Assembly (NCBI GenBank): GCA_027314025.1 | Contig: DAHVCP010000026.1 | Location: 129,237-193,236, forward strand | Reading direction: 5' to 3' | DNA: 64,000 nt | Origin: Acidobacteriota bacterium | Lineage (GTDB): Bacteria > Acidobacteriota > Terriglobia > Terriglobales > SCQP01 | Part shown: positions 53,499 to 64,000 of the stretch, piece after piece | Layout of the letters: each line of letters opens with the position of its first letter | Numbering within the stretch: the first letter of the stretch is position 1 | The notes under the pieces: model-generated | Told to the model about the DNA's origin: nothing | The model's input: the letters and a program-made list of their open reading frames with translations, nothing else | Databases searched by the model: none | Position numbers and translations under genes: made by a program

Positions 53499-54092
53499 AG
53501 CGCGATCTCCCTGCCCCGCAATGGGCTCGCAGGGTGTTTTGCGGGCTCAGCCATGGTTCGGGCGGCGTAGGCGGAAACACCCACCGCCGGCCGTTCCCAT
53601 GCGAACTGGGGTCTCCAAATGGGCAGCGCAACCATGCGGTTACTGCGAATGCACCTGGCGGGCCAAATCTGCCGCGGGCGCCGCGCCTGCTCCCAAGTCT
53701 TAGCAAACGCTAACGTTGGTGAGGAGGCCCCTGGGGGGGTGGCGCCGGACCGCCGATTTCCTAAGGAACGCTAGTGCCCTCTGCGGAAAACAATTTCCCG
53801 ATGTGGGCTGGGCATTTTCTGTCCATTTCCGGCTGCGTACAACAACCGGTCCGACCGTGCGGCCAGGCAGGTCGGGGATGGTCGCGAATGCCAGGGTTGC
53901 GGCCAGTTTTTTGAGGCCGGGGCCGACCGGATCTTCTCCCCCTCCTCGCCCGCGGTATGATCCCCGCCGCGCCTGCGGATGAGCCGTTTGATTCGAAAAA
54001 TGGCGCGCCACGATAAGGCGCGGATTCGATCCGCCGGGGAAACGGCGCGCTGGCCGGAGCGGCGGCTGTCCGCGCATGGGGGCGGCGCTTTT

Positions 54093-54108
54093 GTGCAAGT
54101 GTTTGCAC
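54093..54108. promoter_or_regulatory. Perfect inverted repeat GTGCAA-GTGT-TTGCAC about 110-125 nt upstream of the 54217 promoter; candidate enhancer (UAS)
   Basis: Seen directly in the sequence. An AT-rich stretch (54150-54180) lies between it and the promoter, as expected for a bend or IHF region. Confidence 0.35.
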
Positions 54109-54216
54109 TCTTTCGGTGCCGCACGCGGTTTCGCCACCCAGGGAATAGGGGCATCATTCGCTATTAACTCATTCGTTATCAGCGCGCCGATGAATTGCGC
54201 ATCGCGATTGCCGATT

Positions 54217-54232
54217 TGGTACTGTACTTGCA
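54217..54232 (+). promoter_or_regulatory. Sigma-54 (-24/-12) promoter driving the PEP-CTERM protein gene
   Basis: TGGTAC-TGTAC-TTGCAT on the plus strand, about 60 nt upstream of the ATG at 54292. Confidence 0.7.
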
Positions 54233-54291
54233 TTACCGAAGCTGTCCCTCCGACCAGGGGGTAGCCCCAATACTCGGGAGCCAATGATCCA

Positions 54292-54642
54292 ATGCTCAAA
54301 CGTTTCCCCCCCTTTACCCAAGCCGTTGCCCTCGCTGCTTTCTTGGCCCTTGCGATGGGGTTGAGCGCTCGTCCGGCTTGGGCGGGCACGATTACCAGTC
54401 CGACACAGGTGAGCTTCAGCCAGACGAACGCCTATGGCATGGGCAACTTCAACCTGTATTCGGGCAGCTTGTATCAAACGGGCACGGATCTTAGCTCGAA
54501 TACCTTCAGCGTCACCGATGGCGCGTACAGCCCGGCGGCGCAGCCGGTGTCGGCTCCGGAGCCGGCGAGTTGGCTGCTGTTGGCGGCAGGACTTGGCGCG
54601 CTGGGATTGGCCGCGCGGCGCCGCCGCGTTTCCTGGCCCTGA
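54292..54642 (+). CDS. Small secreted PEP-CTERM-anchored protein (exosortase substrate)
   Basis: The signal peptide ends ARPAWA. A mature region of about 57 aa is Ser/Thr/Gly/Asn-rich. The C-terminal sorting signal is VSAPEPASWLLLAAGLGALGLAARRRR (PEP motif, TM helix, Arg cluster). RBS GGGAG lies 12 nt upstream. Confidence 0.85.
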   Translation: MLKRFPPFTQAVALAAFLALAMGLSARPAWAGTITSPTQVSFSQTNAYGMGNFNLYSGSLYQTGTDLSSNTFSVTDGAYSPAAQPVSAPEPASWLLLAAGLGALGLAARRRRVSWP

Positions 54643-54950
54643 TCCCGGTCGCGAGGCACGCACCGTAATCTAAATGGCTCGCGGCTGCACAACGGTTCGG
54701 CGCATTTCAGTCGGCTTGGCATCGGCCCTGTTGGCGGTCGCGCCAGTTGTGCGGGGAGTGACTTAGGGAGCGACCGACCTAAAGGTCCCCGCAGCCCCGG
54801 CGTTTTCAGTTGCGGCGCAGCGCCCTCATAAGCCCAAGCTCCCGATTCTGCCCGGACTCGGTGTCTAGCTCGGTTCCCCTTGGGGCGTACCACACGTTGA
54901 AGCCTGCCTTGCGCGGCCTACTGCATAGGCTCTCGCAGCCGTGGTGGTAT

Positions 54951-55697
54951 TCAATAAAATATCGGCGAAACCGCCGCAATTCCACGTCGGGCTTCCAGCA
55001 GCAGGGGATACTCGCCGCCCTCGCAGTCAATCCTTGCGACGGCGTCAGCCCACTGCCCCAGCTTGAGCAGCGCCTCAAGTGAGTACGTCGGCACTTCCAC
55101 CCCGCGGGTGCTTTCTCGGAGCTCGGCGCTAATTGAAGCCGTGTCCGCTGACACGGTCATGCTTCCATCGCGACCGCCGCCGGCGCACAGCGGAGTGATC
55201 ACGTCCCCTAGCTGGTTGGCCGCGACGTTTGCGCGCAGCACAGAAAACGAGCCTGGGTAGGGCTCAAGGACCAATACCCGCCGCGCCCCGTTCAGCGCAA
55301 AATACACAGCGCTATCCCCGATCGACCCGCCGATGTCGAGCACCTCGCATCCGCGGACGTCGAGCCACCGGTACAGCTCGTCAACGAACTGTTCCTTGAG
55401 CACGATGTAAGATTCCCGCACGCGCCCTGACTCGAAACGAATGTGTCTCCCGCGGTACCGAAAGCTAAGCCCCCCGTTCTCGATGGTCAGGGGGCGGCAA
55501 AACTCGGCAAGGAGGGCCAGATTCCACGTTTCCCCGTTGAGCGCAGCGGGCAACTGCGAACGGTCCGTCAGGCGGAGCGTGGGCCCGGAGCGGAACCTGA
55601 CCTCTACGCTGCGTCGACAATGCGCGCGGAGGGCGGCGACCTGAATCCAGTTTCGGCAGCTCCTTCTCAGCCTGTCGAGCGCCGCCAGCTTGCGCAC
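54951..55697 (-). CDS. FkbM-family methyltransferase
   Basis: Motifs are VLDIGGSIGDSAVYFAL, VLVLEPYPGSF and RIDCEGGEYPLL. The start is GTG. Confidence 0.65.
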   Translation of the reverse strand: MRKLAALDRLRRSCRNWIQVAALRAHCRRSVEVRFRSGPTLRLTDRSQLPAALNGETWNLALLAEFCRPLTIENGGLSFRYRGRHIRFESGRVRESYIVLKEQFVDELYRWLDVRGCEVLDIGGSIGDSAVYFALNGARRVLVLEPYPGSFSVLRANVAANQLGDVITPLCAGGGRDGSMTVSADTASISAELRESTRGVEVPTYSLEALLKLGQWADAVARIDCEGGEYPLLLEARRGIAAVSPIFY

Positions 55698-55822
55698 CGG
55701 CCAATAAGCGGCATTCGCCCACCGCCCCAGGCCGCGGTCCCCAAAACGCTTTCATTGCAGCGTGTCCATCCCGCCTCCTCTGCGCGACGAAGCAAGAGCG
55801 TATTGTACGGCAGCCGGGCCCG

Positions 55823-55832
55823 CCCCCCCCCC
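55823..55832. repeat. C10 homopolymer (G10 on the coding strand of the flanking genes) in the FkbM upstream region
   Basis: Counted directly: g-CCCCCCCCCC-ggg. It is flanked by short GC hairpins (GCCCG/CGGGC and GGGCAC-CCCT-GTGCCC). Confidence 0.8.
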
Positions 55833-56023
55833 GGGCGACACGGGCACCCCTGTGCCCCCGCCTCGCATCGTGAGCCGGGGGTCGGGCCGAGCCGGGCAAG
55901 CGGGCAATTGCGGCCCTGCCCTGCTGCTGGCGGGAACAGGTAGGGGACACCGGCCATAGCGTAATCTCCGGCAAAATACGCGCGAGACGCGGGTGGCGTC
56001 CCCAGCAGCGCGCCCAACCCCAA

Positions 56024-57521
56024 TCACAGCCAGGGCGCGGGTTCTGCAGCGTCGGCGATCCCTCGTCTTGCGTTCAGCGTCGCCGGGCCGAAAATCAGAT
56101 GGTTCGGCTGATATTTCCGCAGCGCCGCCGTCACGATTTGAAAGAATTTCTGCACGTACTGCGCCATGAAGGCGTTGAGATCCGCGCGCACGGCGGGCGT
56201 CGCCGTGCTGAGGCTGATGTCGTCGTCGCCCACCCACGAATCCCGCCCGTCTTCATCCAGCAGGCCCGTGCCCGTGCCGAATCCACCGGCATCCCCGAAC
56301 GTCGTGTAATCCGCTCCCCATGCCGCGTCCAGGGCCGCGATGCTGTTGTTGTATTTCTGCTCCAGGAACGCCTGCAGCGCGTATTTCGTGTATACCTTCG
56401 TGTCCGTGTACGCCTCGCCATACTTGGTGTTGGCGATTTGCTGGAAATTCGTGCACAGCACGATCCATCCCAGGTTCGAGGTGGCATGCCCGGCCGGCAA
56501 GGTGGGCTGGTCGGGGCCGGGACCGAAGCCCCACAGATCGTCCGCGTCCTCGACCGTGGTGCCGATGATCCATGGCGAGTTGGCCACCGCCGGCGGCGAC
56601 ATCGCCGCCACTGAGCCATCCACGTACGCCGTGTAATTGGGGTCGTAGATGTCGGCGACAGGATCGCCCGCATAGTTGTGGTAGTTGCCGTCCAGACCGT
56701 TCATCAGATCCTTGACCGGTCCGGGCGCGTAATTGCCGCTGTCAATCAGCGAATAGTAGTTCGGACGGATCATTCCGATGGATGGAATCGGCGCGGTCGT
56801 GTTGCGCGTGGCGAACTGGTCCACCGCGCCCACGTAGGCCGATGAATATTCGCCCGCGGTGTTGAATCCCCACGCCTTCAGCCGCCGCGCCGCCTGCACC
56901 CCCCACTCCGCGATGCCGCCATATTTCGCCAAAACACGGTCGTAGTAGGAGGTTCCCGGCAGTCCGTCCGGCGCGTTCGAGGCGTCAACGTCGTAGACGC
57001 CCAGCATCCAAAACTCGTTCCCCAGCGGATCCACGAACACCCAACGCGAGCCGACCTTGGCTACCCGGAAATATCCCGTCGCGCCGCCCGGCGCCGCCAA
57101 ACCCACGACGCCGCCATAGGTATCCAGCGTGGGCGGCGGCGTTTGGGATGCCTGCGTTTGCGCCACCGAGACGCTCAACGTCCGTTGCGCCTTCGCCCCC
57201 GCTGCGTCTTTCACCGCGGCTTGGAACGCATACGTTCCGGCTTGCTGCGGGCTGCCGGTCAATGCCCCGCTGCTGCTCAAGCTGACGCCCGCCGGCAGTT
57301 GGCCGGCAGCCACGCTCCATTGGTAGGGCGCGCGGCCGCCGCTGGCCGCCAGCGCCGCGCTGTAGCTCTTGGCCACCGCCCCCAGGTAGCTTGGCGGTGC
57401 TGACCTCCAACCCCGCCGAAGCCTTGGCCGTCGCGTTCAATCCCGCTTGACCGCCACAACCCGCCGCGACGACTGCGGCGCCAACAATCGCCGCGAGAAA
57501 CCAAAACCTGTGCAATCCCAC
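56024..57521 (-). pseudogene. Lipoprotein with an Ig-like repeat and a glycoside-hydrolase-like domain, interrupted by a frameshift in a G5 run
   Basis: The frame from GTG 57521 encodes the lipoprotein signal MGLHRFWFLAAIVGAAVVAAGCGG...STAKLPGG and then becomes nonsense. The homologous body (VAKSYSAALAASGGRAPYQWSVAAGQLPAGVSL...) continues in another frame from 57376. The junction is the C5/G5 run at 57379-57383. A sequencing error cannot be excluded. Confidence 0.6.
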
Positions 57522-58282
57522 CCTGCCTCCAAAACTGTGCGCCGGCGGGCTGGCCTGCCGGCCATCTTGCCGGCGCCGGCATTCTCCGTACGTCTATTGA
57601 GCATCTCCACCGCCAACGCTACCCGTTCTTCTGTAGCGCCAACTACCGCATATCTCGGCGCGGTGCCGCTCCCCTGCCGCCGTTTCTCTTGGTGCCAGAA
57701 TTACCGCCCGCCGAAACACGCCTAGCGGCCAGCGAAGCAATGTTGCGCATCCCTGCCCCCTCCCTTTTCGGCCTCGGGCGCACCGCCCACCCCGGCTGGC
57801 GCGACCGGCTTAGGACGGAATGCAGCGCGCCTCGCAGGCGAGGTCCTCCGCGCCCATTCCGGTCCCCGATTCTTTTCGCAAGATACCCGGATCGCCTATA
57901 GCGCGCGCTACGGCGCTTACCCGGTTAGTGGCCGCAATTTCCCCTACAGGCAATCATCAGCCGCTGCGGTCAGTCACTGCGGCGCTCCCGGCTAACCCCG
58001 CCAGCGGGAATCGCGGCGGCGCGCGCAAGGCCCGGCCGCGGGCCGCGGGCCCGACTCCCGCGGCAGCTTAGGGCCGGCGGCCCGCAGCCTGCCGCGCGGC
58101 CTCGCGGGCGCCGGCCAACGCCGGAATGCTTCTTCGCCAACGTGCAGGAATCTTGCGACTCACTTCGCGAGGTGAGTGAGTAATCTCAGCAGAATTCTTG
58201 GTGACCACGTTGGAAGTGCAAATGCACTGGCCGCGGGGGAACAGAATCATCCCCGCCGCAATCACCAATCTTCCTGCCACGG

Positions 58283-59256
58283 GTGGTAACTGGCCGGGGG
58301 CGATTGGGCGCGGGAGAAGGAACCCCGCCATGGACCGCCCCCCCGGCCATCTCCGTTGTGCTGCCCACATACAACCGGGCGTACATTGTCGGCGAGGCGA
58401 TCCAAAGCGTACTCGCCCAGAGCTTCACTGATTGCGAGCTCATCGTGGTGGACGATGCGTCCAGCGACTAGTCGCGCCACATCATCGAGTCGTTCCGGGA
58501 CCGCCGCATCCGGTACCTGCGTCATCCGGTGAATCGCGGCTGCAGCGCCGCCTACAATACCGGCTTCCACGCCTGCCGCGCGCCCCTGGTGGCCATTCTC
58601 GACTCGGACGACCTCTGGAGCGTGGACAAGCTGGCGCGTTGCGCGGACTTCCTTTCCCGCTACCCCGCCGCCGCCGCGGTGTTTTCTGATACCGCGAAAA
58701 CCGACGGCGGCCAGCGGCTGGAATCCTTCATCCGCGCCACGCCGGTCCTGGGCCCCTCGCTCGCGAGCCGCGGATTTCCATCTGACGCCGCGAACTATAC
58801 CTGTGCCTGCGGCAAGAGGTGCCGATCAAGCCGCCCACGCTCGTGCTGCGCCGGGCCGCCCTCTTCCAGACCGGACTGTTCCGCGAGGACTGGCCCTCGG
58901 GCAGCGACTGGGAATTTCTCCTCCGCTTTGCCAAGCGCTTCCGCTTTGGCTACCTCGACGCGCCGCTGGTCACCATGCGGGTTCAGGCAGACGCCACGCA
59001 CCGAGTGCACGAGGGAAAGGACCGCGCCCTGATCCTCGCCATGCTCACCCAAGAGGCCGAAGCACTGCGCCGCGCGGGGGATCGCCAGGCTGTGCGCGCC
59101 GCCTGCGACGGCATCGTGTCCATGAGCAAGCACCTGGGCTGGTTCTACCAGGTGCAGGGGCGCAAACTGCGCGCCGCCCGGGCCTTTGCCGCGGGATTCG
59201 CGCATACCGGATCGTTCGGCCTGCTGCTGCGCGCGCCTGCGGCCGTCGTCCGCTAG
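58283..59256 (+). pseudogene. GT2 glycosyltransferase pseudogene (in-frame TAG plus at least one frameshift)
   Basis: ISVVLPTYNRAYIVGEAIQSVLAQSFTDCELIVVDDASSD is followed by TAG (58469-58471). The same frame then continues SRHIIESFRDRRIRYLRHPVNRGCSAAYNTGF...ILDSDDLW. The C-terminal part (RRELYLCLRQEVPIKPPTLVLRRAAL...) is in a different frame from about 58786. A possible original ATG at 58330 with RBS GGGAGAAGG is out of frame across a C7 tract (58338-58344). Confidence 0.7.
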
Positions 59257-59345
59257 CCGCGCCCACCTGCGGGCCTGCCTCCTCACCCCGGACCGCAACG
59301 GGTCCGGAACCCAAACCCCCAGTGCGATCCTGCTGCACCTTTCCC

Positions 59346-59374
59346 TTGACGCAGCAGGCCTGCCCCGTTATCAT
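59346..59374 (+). promoter_or_regulatory. rRNA operon promoter P1 candidate (sigma-70 type)
   Basis: TTGACG, 17 nt, TATCAT. Confidence 0.55.
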
Positions 59375-59449
59375 CATTTGAGCCTTGGTGCGCACGTCGC
59401 GGTTTCCGGCGATCGGCAACCGCAGGGGTGGTGTCGGCCGGAAAATCGG

Positions 59450-59478
59450 TTGACAGGCTGGCCAAGGCGCGCTAAGGT
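59450..59478 (+). promoter_or_regulatory. rRNA operon promoter P2 candidate (sigma-70 type)
   Basis: TTGACA, 17 nt, TAAGGT, located 104 nt downstream of P1. Confidence 0.5.
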
Positions 59479-59707
59479 AACAAGAGGCTCGATTGGCGCT
59501 ACTCGGCGCCGTTGTCGTGCCCGGGCGGTGCAAACGCCCGGCTTCGCGCAGCCGCAGTGCTCGCTGCAAGCCCCTTAGGAACCGAGACCGTGGGTCCGCG
59601 GTATGGGATCTCGGAGCGGTCGCGGCTTAAAGTTCGAGGACGGTTTTGCCTTCGGTAAAACCGGTTGGCCCCCCAGGGGGCCCCCTTCGCCTCCGGGCGC
59701 GGGGATC

Positions 59708-59719
59708 GCTGTTTGACAA
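59708..59719 (+). promoter_or_regulatory. rrn leader boxA-like antitermination element
   Basis: GCTGTTTGACAA compared with the E. coli boxA GCTCTTTAACAA. The same 12-mer recurs in the 16S-23S spacer. Confidence 0.55.
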
Positions 59720-59822
59720 CTGGATGGAACACGCCAGAAGTAAAGTCATTCCGGGTTATCAGCCGGGGCGGCCACTCAAAAGCTAAACTCGGCGGGCAGC
59801 TCGATCGCCCGCTGGGGAGTTC

Positions 59823-61346
<1,524 letters not shown>

Positions 61347-61498
61347 AGAGAACGTGGCGCGATCTCCGCCTCGGCGGAGAACGTTCGCGTCCACACCGTC
61401 CCGGCCTCTCTGGGCCCGGACCATGGCTTACTTTCACCCCTCCGCCCTCGGCGGAGCGGCGTGTTCCTCCATCCTCGAATCCTTTTGTGGCCGCCCGC

Positions 61499-61574
61499 GG
61501 GGCTGTAGCTCAGTTGGGAGAGCGCCTGATTTGCATTCAGGAGGCCGTCGGTTCGATCCCGATCAGCTCCACCA
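61499..61574 (+). tRNA. tRNA-Ala (anticodon UGC), CCA encoded
   Basis: Cloverleaf folded by hand. The acceptor stem GGGGCUG/CAGCUCC carries the G3:U70 identity pair. The anticodon loop is UUUGCAU and the T-loop is UUCGAUC. Confidence 0.9.
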
Positions 61575-61614
61575 GTTTGGCGCCGGGATCTCCGCTCCAC
61601 CCGCCCGCGCCCGC

Positions 61615-61691
61615 GGGCCTGTAGCTCAGATGGCTAGAGCGCACCCCTGATAAGGGTGAGGTCGGTAGTTCGATTCTACCCAGGCCCACCA
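61615..61691 (+). tRNA. tRNA-Ile (anticodon GAU), CCA encoded
   Basis: Cloverleaf folded by hand. The acceptor stem is GGGCCUG/CAGGCCC, the anticodon loop is CUGAUAA and the T-loop is UUCGAUU. Confidence 0.9.
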
Positions 61692-61766
61692 CCCGCGCTT
61701 CGCCGCCACCCACCGGATTCGTCCCGCCCTCGGCGGGACCGCTCGCGCCCCAGGGCGCGGCGCATC

Positions 61767-61778
61767 GCTGTTTGACAA
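61767..61778 (+). promoter_or_regulatory. Spacer boxA-like antitermination element upstream of 23S
   Basis: GCTGTTTGACAA, identical to the leader copy at 59708-59719. Confidence 0.55.
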
Positions 61779-61901
61779 CCGAATGATTGCAAGTGATTGG
61801 GCAAAACCAAGTTCCCTTCCGGCCGAAAACCGCCGGAAGGAAAGCGCGAATGGATGAAGGATCCAAATCCCCGGAACCGATGAGGCCCCGGGTGAATTTG
61901 T

Positions 61902-64000
<2,099 letters not shown>

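Noticed and set aside
53651-53665. TGGCCC-GCCAG-GTGC (minus strand) as the promoter of the Wzz/Wzc operon
   Set aside because: The -12 element is GTGC rather than TTGC. It is too weak to list as a feature and is mentioned only as a possibility.
53996-54022. Hairpin CGCGCC-(7 nt)-GGCGCG followed by T5 on the minus strand (terminator-like)
   Set aside because: No minus-strand gene ends anywhere nearby upstream; the nearest is 930 nt away, beyond a plus-strand gene. The stem is only 6 bp and the U-tract is short.
21104-54108. A shared enhancer (UAS) motif for the EBP upstream of all sigma-54 promoter candidates
   Set aside because: Each strong promoter has a palindrome about 100 nt upstream (21104-21119, 29072-29092, 54093-54108), but the three sequences are unrelated. 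A GGGGACGGGG-like motif recurs at 21210-21219, 28841-28855 and 28961-28975. It also occurs at 6274-6285 and is roughly expected by chance at this base composition. No common site could be defined by eye.
53700-54389. 229-aa minus-strand ORF spanning the PEP-CTERM promoter region
   Set aside because: It has no recognisable motifs and its composition is atypical for this genome. It overlaps the start of a well-supported plus-strand gene and its sigma-54 promoter.
58199-58214. TGGTGA-CCACG-TTGG (plus strand) upstream of the GT2 pseudogene
   Set aside because: It lacks the conserved -12 GC dinucleotide. It may be a decayed promoter and is not called as a feature.

Overview
This is a high-GC bacterial chromosome segment, roughly two-thirds G+C by eye. 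Positions 1 to about 57,500 form one very large exopolysaccharide / exosortase (PEP-CTERM) locus of about 45 protein genes. All but three are on the minus strand, packed into four or five long operons with many 4-nt stop/start overlaps. The locus encodes:
- an exosortase plus the PrsT-type TPR lipoprotein
- a small PEP-CTERM substrate protein
- Wzx/Wzy/Wzz/Wzc-type assembly proteins and a priming sugar transferase
- many GT2/GT4 glycosyltransferases
- nucleotide-sugar enzymes (AlgD-like, Ugd, Uxs, and a WbpB/D/E-like set)
- a NusG paralogue
- a sigma-54 enhancer-binding protein that lacks any receiver domain

The most interesting points are:
1. -24/-12 (sigma-54) promoter candidates sit in front of most operons, including a divergent pair.
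2. A nine-gene cassette is fused to the exosortase operon. It combines homoserine-activating enzymes (MetA-like, MetY-like, with an aspartate kinase nearby), an adenylating ligase, a carrier-protein/thioesterase didomain whose nucleophile is Cys, an ATP-grasp ligase, a FemAB-like transferase and a flavoprotein oxidoreductase. I know of no characterised system with this composition.

The right end holds two decayed genes and then an rRNA operon: tandem promoters, boxA, 16S, tRNA-Ala(UGC), tRNA-Ile(GAU), and a 23S truncated by the window edge. The 16S looks Acidobacteriota-like to me, but this is unverified.

All functional calls rest on motif recognition by eye, with no database search. Start codons were chosen by me and several are uncertain. 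Most long plus-strand ORFs in the supplied track are high-GC artefacts antisense to real genes. I found no CRISPR array, transposase or integrase.
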